Below, one piece after another: positions 24,705 through 35,669 of a stretch of 64,000 nucleotides of DNA. Location of the stretch: contig OX597827.1 in assembly GCA_951406725.2 (NCBI GenBank), forward strand, positions 14,074,001-14,138,000. The letters are read 5' to 3'. This stretch comes from Octopus vulgaris. Taxonomy: Eukaryota. The notes beneath the pieces were generated by a model, which was given only the letters and a program-made list of their open reading frames with translations, was not told the DNA's origin and ran no database searches. Both the position numbers and the translations under genes were made by a program. The number at the start of each line of letters is the position of its first letter. The first letter of the stretch is position 1.

Positions 24705-26597
24705 GGCGCAGGAGTGGCTGTGTGGTAAGTAGCTTGCTTACAAACCACATGGTTCCGGGTTCAGTCCCACTGCATAGCACCTTGGGCAAGCATCTTCTAC
24801 TATAGCCTCGGGCCAACCAAAGCCTTGTGAGTGGATTTGGTAGACAGAAACTGAAAGAAGCCCGTCATATATATCATCATCATCATCATCATCATCGTTT
24901 AACGTCCGCTTTCCGCGCTAGCACGGGTTGGACGGTTTGACCGGGTCTGGGAAGCCAGGGGCCGCACCAGGCTCCAGTCTGAATCTGGCAGAGTTTCTAC
25001 GGCTGGATGCCCTTCCTAACGCCAACCACTCCGTGAGTGGATTGGGTGCTTTTTACGTGCCACCTGCACAGGGGCCGGAGGGTCCGGCATCGTCACGATC
25101 GGTTCGAGCATTTTAACGTGTCAGCGGCACGGGGGCAACGAGGTCCGGGGTACTTTGGGGATCCAGGGTACTTTGGGGATCTGGGGTACTTAGAATGAGT
25201 AGGGGGTATGTGGAATTGCTGCAGAAAGCAGCCCAGGTCTTTGTAGTCACAGCATTTATCGTCACTGAGTAAGGAAGGGTTGGTGTAGGTTCCTAAGAAA
25301 TAAGACATTCGTTATCGTCACTGAGTAACGTTATTAGGTAGAGGAAAGAATACAGATATTCTAGAGTTGAGTTGGGGAGGGGGGGGTCCAGTTGAGGTGG
25401 GTAATATAGGGGAGCAACCAGTGGGGAAGGTTGGGGTAAGGAGGAACGATGGTAGGAAGGGTTGGTGTAGGTTCCTAAGAAATAAAAACGTAGGATATTA
25501 CGAGGTGGGAGGGTGCTAAAGGGGGATAGTCGGAATGAAGCAGTGTCCGGAGGAAGCGTAAGATCGGTGGGCAGTTGATGAGCTATGGCGCTAGCAGCTT
25601 GTCTTTTCACAGTGAAAGCATATGAGGAGAAGGGGTAGTGGGGGGAGGAGGAGGGAGTAGGGCTTACCCGGTGTAGATGAGTAAGGCGTATCCGGTGTAG
25701 ATGGTGAGGACAGGGTATACTGGTATTGGTGGTGGGGGGTGAGGAACAGTGTTCACCAGTATTGGTGGTGTTGGCGGTGAGAACAGTGTTCACCGGTATT
25801 GGTGGTGGGGGTGAGAACAGTGTTCATCGGTATTGGTGGTGGGGGTGGGGGGGGCGGGCGCACCGCCACTGGCGGAAAGATGGGAAGAGATGGGAAGAGA
25901 TGGGATTACGGCTTGAGGTAGCCTCGCCTAAGGTTAAATTTTGTAGAGAGAGAGATAGAAAGATAAATCAAGTTATGGCGAAGGCTTGAAAGTAGCCTTA
26001 AAAGGTTAAATTTTCGTAACAATGTATGAATAAACGTAGTAACAACGAATGGAAATATTAAGATAAATTTTTAAAAAACTTGCTGCGGACATCGATCGGG
26101 AGTTGAAATTTAAGAAGTAAGTTAGTTGAATTGGGAATTTAAATTGTAGAATCGTAATGGTAAGAGGAGGAAAAAAGACCGCCACTGGCGGAAAGATGGC
26201 TGAAAGATGGGAAGAGATGGGAAGAGATGGGAAGAGATGGGATTACGGCTTGAGGTAGCCTCGCCTAAGGTTAAATTTTGTAGAGAGAGAGATAGAAAGA
26301 TAAATCAAGTTATGGCGAAGGCTTGAAAGTAGCCTTAAAAGGTTAAATTTTCGTAATATATATATATGTATGTATGTATATGTTTGTGTGTCTGTGTTTG
26401 TCCCCCCCCCCCAACATCGCTTGACAACCGATGCTGGTGTGTATACGTCTCTGTCACTAAGCAGTTCAGCAAGAGAGACCAAAAGAATAAGTACTAGGTT
26501 TACAAAGAATAAGTCCTGGGGTTGATTTGCTCGACTAAAGGTGGTGCCCCAGCATGGCCACAGTCAAATGACTGAAACAAGTAAGAGAAAAAGAAAG
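24705..26597 (+). mobile_element. SINE family A split by a nested insertion (head 24705-24873, tail 26357-26597)
   Basis: The head ends gaagcccgtcatatatat; the body resumes atatatatatgtatg...gtgtttgtcccc at 26357. Confidence 0.85.
24874..26356 (-). mobile_element. long (~1.48 kb) family C element with rearranged 5' extension
   Basis: (cat)n tail and C body, then a unique extension with internal direct repeats (25862-26019 / 26178-26356); the 3' part of the extension recurs at 55835-55930. Confidence 0.75.
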
Positions 26598-26604
26598 AAT
26601 AAAC

Positions 26605-26845
26605 CTCTAAGTAATATGAATGTAAACACACCAACACCAGTTGTCAAGCAATGGTGGGGGACAAACAGACACAAACACACACACACACATACACACATAT
26701 ATATGACAGGCTTCTTTCAGTTTCCATCTACTAAGTCCACTCACAAGGCTTTGGTCTGCCTGAGGCTATATTTGAATACACTTGCCCAAGGTGCCACATT
26801 GTGAGACTGAAACCAGAACCATTCGGTTCAGAAGTAAACTTCTTT
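26605..26845 (-). mobile_element. SINE family A, partial
   Basis: Homology to family A. Confidence 0.8.
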
Positions 26846-27011
26846 ATTTCATAAAACTGGTTATGCAGCCTTACAAAGATGAAGAAGCTGAGGGATGGAC
26901 AAAGATGCAATGATAATGGAATGAAAAAAATGGTTGGTTGGAGAAGCAGGCAACGCCCGCCGATTGTTGCTTCTCGAAAACATTGTTCTCTTTTTTTAAT
27001 AAAACAAAATG

Positions 27012-27276
27012 AGGCGCAGGAGTGGCTGTGTGGTAAGTAGCTTGCTTACCAACCACATGGTTCCGGGTTCAGTCCCACTGCGTGGCATCTTGGGCAAGTG
27101 TCTTCTGCTATAGCCCCGGGCCGACCAATACTTTGTGAGTGGATTTGGTAGACAGAAACTGAAAGAAGCCTGTCGTATATATGTATATATATATATATAT
27201 GTGTGTGTATATGTTTGTGTGTCTGTTTGTCGCCCTAGCATTGCTTGACAACCGATGCTGGTGTGTTTACGTCCCC
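27012..27276 (+). mobile_element. SINE family A, 3'-truncated
   Basis: Intact head ggcgcaggagtggctgtgtggtaagtagc; followed by a short reversed Helentron-type terminus (agcaacgccaggcgatactgctagt, ~27277-27301). Confidence 0.88.
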
Positions 27277-27439
27277 AGCAACGCCAGGCGATACTGCTAG
27301 TGACTCATAAAAATCATTCAGCACTGAACAAAACCTATTCCACTCGACTGTAAAAGATTAAGTATATTTGTGTGTAATTATACACACCTGAGTTTCAAGA
27401 TTATATTTGTTTACTCTTTGTGTGTTAAATCATGATAAA

Positions 27440-28213
27440 CAGACAAACAGATTAAGTCGATTACATCAATCCCAGTGCGTAACTGGTACTTGATTTATCG
27501 ACCCCGAAAGGTTGAAAGGCAAAGTCGACCTCGGCGGAATTTGAACCCAGAACGTAGCGGCAGACGAAATACCTATTTCTTTATTACCCACAAGGGGCTA
27601 AACTCAGAGGGGACAAACGAGGACAGACAAATGGATTAAGTCGATTATATCGACCCCAGTGCGTAACTGGTACTTAATTTATTGACCCCCGAAAGGATGA
27701 AAGGCAAAGTCGACCTTGGCGGAATTTGAACCCAGAACGTAGCGGCAGACGAAATACCTATTTCTTTACTACTCACAAGGGGCTAAACACAGAGGGGACA
27801 AACAAGGACAGACAAACGGATTAAGTCGATTATATCGACCCCAGTGCGTAACTGGTACTTAATTTATTGACCCCCGAAAGGATGAAAGGCAAAGTCGACC
27901 TTGGCGGAATTTGAACCCAGAACGTAGCGGCAGACGAAATACCTATTTCTTTACTACTCACAAGGGGCTAAACACAGAGGGGACAAACAAGGACAGACAA
28001 ACGGATTAAGTCGATTATATCGACCTCAGTGTGTAACTGGTACTTAATTTATCGACCCCCGAAAGGATGAAAGGCAAAGGGTAGAGTAATATGCTTTATT
28101 TAAAAGCAGCAGAAATAAAACAAAAGGCAGAATTTGAACTCAGAACGTAACGACAGACAAAATACGGCTACGCATTTCGCCCGGCGTGCTAACGTTTCAG
28201 TCAGCTCACTACC
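27440..28213 (-). repeat. head-to-tail tandem array of SINE B, 185-bp period
   Basis: acctatttc recurs at 27571, 27756 and 27941; a single tRNA-like head at ~28130-28213. Confidence 0.92.
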
Positions 28214-28919
28214 TAGAGTAAACTAGATATAGCAAACAAATTATTTCCTGGAGACATAGCACTTTCAATAGAAACCATTAGATGCGCCAACAGTAATAGG
28301 TTACGTACATGATGTCAAACTAAATTTTCAGACTGCATGTGAAATAATACTTAGAATACTTGTGACTTGTGGCTGTAGAGAGAGAGAAGCTTTAGTAAAC
28401 TATGTCTTATAAAGATGTATTTATACTCATTTGTGACACAAGGCAGATTAAATTCTTGGAAATTTTGTCATGGAAAACATATAGATATGAAAAGCATTAT
28501 GGAAACATTTACAGATCTAAAGCTGAGAAAAAAAATTTGTTTTCGTTTGGATAATGCATTTTCTTTTGTTTATATTTTCTATTTCATTAAGAGAAAATTT
28601 GTTATATCTGCTGGAATTTACAGCATCCTTTCACGCTTTCTCTCAAACATCCAACTTCCATCCAATTTTTGTTTATGACAAAAACAAGTTAAGCCATTAC
28701 CAATAATGTAGATGCATGCTCTCTCTTCCTCCCTCCCTCTCTTTTTTCTCTCCTCCCTTTGCTTCCCTCTCCCCTTCTCCCATCCTCTCTCTCTCTCCAT
28801 TTCCCTTCTCCCTTAGTTATATTAATGTAAAGATTTGAAACTTTGAGGCTGTGTTTAACTGCTCTCTTACAAATTGTAATAAACACTTTCTCTTAAACTT
28901 GTAGTTCTTCAGCCTTGTA

Positions 28920-29180
28920 AAAATTTCAAACTGTTGAGTAAGGCCTATGAAACTAGGAATATTTCAGGAGTTTTAAGAAAAGCCATCAAGAACTTTGCAG
29001 AAGTGGTTGAGAAAGCATCAAGATGTCCCTGGTTGAAAAGTGATAATCAATGGAGTCAGTAGAATGCCCCTTGGACACAGGTCTAGGTTTGATCAATTTG
29101 GTTGGGTTGCCTGGATGATGAACAGTGTACCCCCAGATTACAACACTGATGATGTGTCCAGTTGTTGCATCTGTAGCTGT
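28920..29180 (+). pseudogene. HERO-like RLE non-LTR retrotransposon 3' end
   Basis: Translation LRKAIKNFAEVVEKASRCPWLKSDNQWSQ* and the 3'UTR motif acactgatgatgtgtcc resemble HERO-clade termini (from memory). Confidence 0.55.
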
Positions 29181-29226
29181 ATGTTGAACTAAGGGTACTG
29201 AAATTCACCTTTCCTAGAATAATACC

Positions 29227-29451
29227 TATTTCTTTACTACCCACAAGGGGCTAAGCACAGAGAGGAAAAACAAGGACAGACAAATGGATTAAGTCGATTA
29301 TATCGACCCCAGTGCGTAACTGGTACTTATTTAATCGACCCCGAAAGGATGAAAGGCAAAGTTGACCTCGGTGAAATTTGAACTCAGAACACAGCGGCAG
29401 ACGAAATACCACAAAGTATTTCACCCGGCATGCTAACGTTTCTGCCAGCTC
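29227..29451 (-). mobile_element. SINE family B with 14-bp TSD
   Basis: cctagaataatacc at 29213-29226 and 29452-29465. Confidence 0.92.
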
Positions 29452-29627
29452 CCTAGAATAATACCGACAATAGGTTTGATTCTGACCATCTCATATCATG
29501 TTGTATTCACTATTCCAAGCAATTAACAGCTTTCAGATAGTGAACTGTCCATTTTAGGCAGAAGACTAAACTTTACCCCCACTCAACAGCAAGCTAAAAG
29601 AGTTTGGTCACTATATTGGAGAACATT

Positions 29628-29866
29628 AAGGCGGCGAGATGGCAGAATCGTTAGCACACTGGGTGAAATGCGTAGCCGTATTTCGTCTGCTGTTACGTGT
29701 TCTGGGTTCAAATTCCGCCGAGGTCGACTTTGCTTTTCATCCATTCGGGGGTCGATAAATTAAGTACCTGTTATGCACTGGGGTCGATGTAATCAACTTA
29801 ATCCCTTTGCCTGTCCTTGTTTGTCCCCCTCCGTGTTTAGCCCCTTGTGGGTAGTAAAGAAATAGA
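29628..29866 (+). mobile_element. SINE family B with TSD
   Basis: Flanked by tata(t/c)tggagaacatt on both sides. Confidence 0.92.
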
Positions 29867-30221
29867 AATATATACTGGAGAACATTTTCTTCATCAAACA
29901 TAACTGAGGGCTTTTTCAGTGATATATATATAAAGCAGATTTTGGCTTATTGAAGTTTTTACAGAACTCAAACAACAAAGCTTTGCGTGAACACCTGACT
30001 TTGGTAAGTTCTAATCCATTGATCTGGTTTTGAAAAATCGTTGCTGTGATTTGTATGCTTTTTACACTCTTACTTGTTTCATCTCAAGAGCCATGGCCAT
30101 TCTGGGGCCCTGCCAATGAACAAGAACAAACAAGAATGACCATTCCATGGCAATCTCGTCTGATTGGCAAAACCTTACATGTATGCATATAATTTTAAAA
30201 AGTGTTTCAAATTACTAAATA

Positions 30222-30437
30222 CTGGTTTCACATTTTAGCACGAGGCCAGTAATTTTAGAGAAGTGGGTACGTCGATTACATCAACCCCAGTGATCAACTT
30301 GTATACATTTTATTGACCCTGAAAGGATGAAAGATGAAGTCGACCTCAGCAGAATTTGAACTCACAACATAAAGACAGATAAAATGCCGCTAAACATTTT
30401 GCCTGGCATGCTAATGATTCTGCCAGCTCACTACCTT
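30222..30437 (-). mobile_element. SINE family B (variant tail) with TSD
   Basis: Flanked by caaattactaaat on both sides. Confidence 0.85.
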
Positions 30438-30506
30438 TCTCAAATTACTAAATTATTACTGTCGATGAACACCATACAGATCATTACCTCTGATGCAGGT
30501 GTAATA

Positions 30507-31440
30507 TCGCAATCAAAGCAGTAAGCAAGAAAGGAACTGGAATCACACAACAATCAAACTATTTGACAACAATGTAGCCGTAGTTATTTGTCAAAGAGGC
30601 TATCCTGTACTTTAAAGGCCCCAATATACCCCCCAGTTCTCCCTCCCACAGCTAATAACAATCATCACCACATATCATACTTTCACGCTCTATTTTATTC
30701 CTAAGCAGCAAAAATTCAACCATCTCAGTGTATCCTGTCTTCTCCGCCTTTAATTATTCTACTGAACACTTTCTTCTCTAGCAACCTTGGTAAATTCATG
30801 TTATCCCACCCTCACATATTAAGGATGCTGATCACATCCTTAACCTCCTCAACTGTCTTACCTTCTCATGTGGACCCTATCAACTCTTATTCTTAATGCG
30901 AACTCTCTGTACACTGTCTTCCCCATAATGATGGATTCTTAATCCTTAAACACTTCTTTGACACAATCTTTCCTTAAACCCATTACAACCACTTTCCTTC
31001 CTTGAGCTGGACCTGTCCTTACCCTCAACTGTTCTCCTTCTCCAGTGACTTCTATCAAAACACTACCAGGGTAACTATGGGTCCTAAGATGGCCATAATA
31101 ATACCAACTTCTTCGTGGGCCATAATGAGGCCCAAATCTTTGTCCAGTCATTGGTTTTACTCTGATTTCTATAGTAATTAACAATGATGGCTGCATCAGT
31201 GGTACTACACTCCCTAGAGATGATTATTTTGTTGCTATTTGTTTCATTAATAATTCTTAACCATCTCTAGAGTCTAGCTCTGCCATTTCCAATCCTTCAG
31301 TCTCCTCCCTTGATATCGTTGTCATTATCGGTTATCTCTCACATGTCCAAATACTGACTCAACAGTCATATATTGATTTTTGCCTCATTTCGCTCTTCTT
31401 ACACAAGATCTACCATCCCATTCTTAGAATCAATCGAATA
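30507..31440 (+). pseudogene. Penelope-like element reverse transcriptase, heavily decayed
   Basis: Motifs in the expected order across frameshifts: LYFIPKQQK, PSHIKDADHILNLLN, SLYTV, HNDG..LKHFFD, VLTLNC, FYQ...VTMGPKM, NFFVG. Confidence 0.8.
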
Positions 31441-31507
31441 TACATTAATGACTTGAATTTTTCTTTTTCTTTTTTTTTTGTTTCAAAATCCTATGAAGTG
31501 TACCATT

Positions 31508-31637
31508 TCTATATTTAAGATATAAGGAATTATGCACATTATTTACATTATTTACATTTGACAAATATTTGTCCTCATCTTGTTTGTTGCTATCACAACG
31601 TTTCGGCTGATATACCCTCCAGCCTTCATCAGGTGTT
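31508..31637 (-). mobile_element. Penelope-like terminus with hammerhead-like core (31591-31637)
   Basis: Minus strand aacac-CTGATGA-aGGCTG-gagggtatat-CAGCC-GAAA-cgttgtg; same family as 20690-20893. Confidence 0.65.
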
Positions 31638-31649
31638 TTTTTTTTTCAA

Positions 31650-31814
31650 TAAAGTTTATATATAACTAAGAATTTAGTAAAAGTAACTTAGTTACCATTA
31701 AATTAGTATTAGGAACATAAATTGTGACTAAGGTTTGGTGAAAAATTTGAATTCAGAACTATTGTACTACAGAGCCAGGGGTAGTTTCAGCCGGGTTGGT
31801 ATCAAAAGGGTTAA
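31650..31814 (-). mobile_element. TTAA-type MITE fragment
   Basis: Ends gggttggtatcaaaagggTTAA; reverse-complement homology to 44846-45065. Confidence 0.7.
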
Positions 31815-31975
31815 ATGGTCCAACTTTGTACATTACACTTGTCCACTCCATCCCCATCAGCCAGTTCATAATTGTCCCCCAAAACTCAATTCCATTTCCC
31901 TTCCCACTCTAACTATGGTTCCAACAACCCCATTTATTTGGATAAAATGTATAAATATAATATACTGGTACTCTA

Positions 31976-32378
31976 TCATCATCATTGTTCGATCGTGATC
32001 AAGACAATGGAATTTACTATGCTACGCCAGACTTCACGGTCCATCATAGCATTACAGGGGTCCTGTTGCTGGATGCCTGTATCTCTGGAGATTACATCAG
32101 GGTAGGAGAGTGTGCACCCTCTGGTTTCGCGACCGTGGTCGAGACAATGGAATTTACTATGCTACGCCAGACTTCACGGTCCATCATAGCATTACGGAGG
32201 TCCTGTTGCTGGATGCCTGTATCCCTGGAGATTACATCAGGGTAGGAGAGTGTGCGCCCTCTGGTATCGCAAGTAGATGGCTTCCAGAGGAGAAGAGTAG
32301 AAATTACCACGTTTTCAGCTCTACAACCAATGTCCAGCAAACTGGACTCTTCTACCTTTCACAAGAGATGGCACTCTA
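31976..32378 (-). pseudogene. RTE-clade LINE ORF C-terminus with a 140-bp tandem duplication
   Basis: LLLWKPS...RGRTLSYPDVISRDTG...MMDREVWRSIV then a (GAT)n tail; gacaatgg repeats at 32003 and 32143. Confidence 0.85.
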
Positions 32379-32379
32379 A

Positions 32380-32697
32380 CAGTTATGACGGTTAGTGTTG
32401 CAGTTGATCCACTCAATGGAATGGCCTACTTGTGGAATTAATGTGCAAGCGGCTGAGTACTCTATAGACATGCTTATCATTACCATAGTTGTCAAGGGAG
32501 ATTCAGTGTGACACAGAATGTGACAAGGCTGACGTTCTGAAATAGAGGTACCACTCATTTTTGCTAGCTGAGTGAATTGGAGCAACCTGAAATAAAGTGT
32601 CTTGTTCAAGGACGTGACATGCCACCAGGAATCAAACCCAAGACCTTACAATCATGAGCTGAATACCCTAACCACTAAGCCACATACTTTCACATGC
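32380..32697 (-). mobile_element. tRNA-derived SINE (E-related head, different body)
   Basis: Minus strand gtggcttagtggttagggtattcagctcatgattg...ttgaacaagacactt...ttgctccaattcactcagct. Confidence 0.7.
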
Positions 32698-33035
32698 CTG
32701 TATGTGGGTGAAACATATAGGTGTGTGGCTTTCAGTGCAAAATACATGCTTGTTAACAAGCTCACTGGCTGATCACAACACCAGTGCCTGTTCAGGCACT
32801 GATTTTCTATATATTGCTTGCAGGGAGATGAGTTACTGCTATTGCTAGTGGATGAGTGTCCATCACTGATGAGAACAAGGAAAGTCGAAAACACATGATC
32901 TGGTGGTATCAGCACTGGAGATATAAACAAGAGTATATTTTACAACAAAAGACAATATGAGGGTTTCTCTCACGGCATCTACTATAGTAAAGTTTGTTCT
33001 AACATCCACATTTAAGGGGAATAAATATTACCTCA

Positions 33036-33073
<38 letters not shown>

Positions 33074-33176
33074 GCATATATATGTATGTGTGTGTGTATA
33101 TAAACACACACACACACACACACATACATACAAATATACAAATATGAGTGTATGTATGTATGTATGAATGCATATA

Positions 33177-33560
33177 TCATCATCATCATCATTTAACATC
33201 CATTTTCCATGCTAGCATGGGTTGGACGGTTCGACCGGGGTCTGAGAAGCCAGGAGGCTGCACCAAGCTCCAGTCTGATCTGGCAGTGTTTCTATAGCTG
33301 GATTCCCTTCCTAACGCCAACCACTTCGTGAGTGTAGTGAGTGCTTTTTACATGTCACCGGCAAAGGGACAGAGGAGGCTGGCAACATCCACGATCGATT
33401 GGTGCTTTTTAAGTGCCACCGGCACGGAAGCCAGTCAAGGCAGCACTGGTATCAACCACGTTCAGATGGTGTTTTTTATGTGCCACCGGCACGGGTATCA
33501 CAACTACAATTTCCATTTGATGCTGATGTACTTGACCCAATAGGTCTCCTCAAGTACACA
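33177..33560 (-). mobile_element. family C with VNTR
   Basis: (cat)n tail, three gtgccaccggcac-like units, same 5' segment as 21360-21392. Confidence 0.85.
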
Positions 33561-33603
33561 CACATACACACACACACATACATACATACATATATATATA
33601 TAT

Positions 33604-33840
33604 ACAGGGTTTGATGGATAAATTATCTCTATTTTACATTTTTAATTTTGTGCATGCACATTGTGTTTGTTTTTGATTTTGTCGACTACACAGTATAGTA
33701 GGGTCAGTTGGGCACCGTCTGTGAGAAAAACAGCACCATGGCGTAGTTCACTCTGCCAGAAATTTTTGAAACAACATGCTGTACTGCTTGGCATTTGCCC
33801 TGGAAGCTCCAATATGAACATTCCAGTGTGTTTGGGTGGG
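33604..33840 (+). mobile_element. Tc1/mariner-like left end
   Basis: TA|CAGGG start at the end of (TA)n, followed by a decayed N-terminal frame (HAVLLGI..GSS). Confidence 0.45.
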
Positions 33841-34394
33841 TCTGGGGACATATACCAAGAGAGATTAAAATGAAGCATCCAGTCAACATCGTGGTTGTTG
33901 TTGTTGTCATTGTTTTTGTTGTTGTTTAACCGGTCCAGGACCAAACCTGACAGAGCAGACTATCAAGACATTACTTACGTAACTTAAACCTTGTTTTCTT
34001 ATTTAGACTCCAGCCTTCTGGTAAAAGACTTTCCAAACATGACCATTCCCTCTTTTGAAGATCATCTAGTTCAATGTGTTTCTTCCCTGTTTTCATTTTT
34101 CAAGATGGAATTGTGTTATTGAAGGGAGGTTTCGCTATTATTTCTAGCAACCATGCTGTGACCGTGTGTTCCATTTAAGGGCGTTCGGTCTCCATAGGAG
34201 ACAGAAGACGCGATTTGAAGGCGATTTTGCTGCTATTTCTAGCAGGTGAAGCGACCACGTCGAGGTTACTTCGTTATGTGATGTGGTAGGGACGGCTGGT
34301 TCAGTGATACATAATTGACACGATCGTAGGAACAAAGGAAAGAGCTTTTATGTGGTTGCTAGAAATAGCAGCAAAATCTCTCTTAAATAACACC

Positions 34395-34797
34395 AGTGGC
34401 TGTGTGGTAAGTAGCTTGTTTACCAACCACATGCTTCCGGGTTCAGTCCCACTGCATGGCACCTTGGGAAAGTGTCTTCTACTATAGCCTCGGGCTGACC
34501 AAAGCTTTGTGAGTGGATTTGGTAGACGGAAACTGAAAGAAGCCCGTCGTATATATATATATATATATGCGTGTGTGTGTTTGTGTGTCTGTGTTTGTCC
34601 CCCTAGCATTGCTTGACAACCGATGCTGGTGTGTTTATGTCCCCATTACTTAGCGGTTCGGCAAAAGAGACCGATAGAATAAGTACTGGGCTTGCAAAAG
34701 AATAAGTCCCGGGGTTGAGTTGCTCGATTAAAGGCGGTGCTCCAGCATGGCCACAGTCAAATGACTGAAACAAGTAAAAGAGTAAAAGAGTAAAGAG
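34395..34797 (+). mobile_element. SINE family A
   Basis: Near full-length A consensus. Confidence 0.92.
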
Positions 34798-35244
34798 TAC
34801 CATTTTTTTTCTCATAAAAAAAAGAGAAACACGTTGAACAATGTGGCCCTAGATTCTCCAAAAAAGTCGGGATGGTCACGGTCGGAATATCGTTCACCAG
34901 AGGGCTGCTCAATCAAAAGTTGACCTGGAGACTAAACAACAAGAAAAGGTTCAAATTCCCAAAGTAAGGCGACATGAGATTTAATGCCAAAGTATACAGC
35001 GATAATAAAACACGCTTTTTGTCCCCTGTGTTCAATATCAGAACATTTACTTTGATTTGACGTAAGTTCAAAGTTCAACGCAGTCGTTATTAATTCTTTT
35101 GGTACAATTTAGCGGTCACTGAACACCAACCAACAGATTTCCCGCAAAGAATTTAGCAGAAATAAGGAATACATAGTTGTCTCCCTTAGATCTTGAATAA
35201 ATGAATAAAATGACATCAACGTTTGTATTTTTCTTCTTTTTTTT

Positions 35245-35380
35245 TTTTTACTTGTTTCAGTCATTTGACTGCGGCCATGCTGGAGCACCGCCTTTTTTAA
35301 TCGAGCAACTCGACCCCGGGCACTTATTCTTTTGTAAGCCCAGTACTTATTCTATCGGTCTCTTTCGCCGAACCGCTAAG
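35245..35380 (-). mobile_element. SINE family A, 3' part
   Basis: Homology to family A. Confidence 0.85.
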
Positions 35381-35404
35381 TGGTTTCTGCTGCTTTTAAA
35401 TAAA

Positions 35405-35451
<47 letters not shown>

Positions 35452-35517
35452 TAAAAACGGTAAGATAACAGAAGAAAGAAAGAGACCTCAATATTATGTA
35501 AATAGAGGAAATTTATC

Positions 35518-35669
35518 TATAAAATAATATGTTACAATTATTCAATAGTCAAGATAAAACTCTGAGTTTCAGATGCCGAAGTGGAAATGGTGTTGCGGAT
35601 TTCCACTTCGGCATCTGAAACTCAGAGTTTTATCTTGACTATTGAGTAATTGTAAAATATTATTTTATA
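35518..35669. repeat. near-perfect ~71-bp-arm hairpin inside a TA-embedded (Penelope-like) fragment starting at 35447
   Basis: 35518-35588 is the reverse complement of 35599-35669 (about 2 mismatches); 10-nt loop. Confidence 0.9.

Noticed and set aside
29923-30010. KADFGLLK kinase-like DFG motif followed by a GTAAGT donor
   Set aside because: There is an in-frame stop five codons before the Asp, the acceptor is weak, and no other kinase motifs are present; probably chance.
32850-32895. CTGATGA...GAAA hammerhead-like string after an acceptor-like ttgcttgcag
   Set aside because: Stem I cannot form, stem II is only 2 bp, and all frames after the acceptor close quickly.
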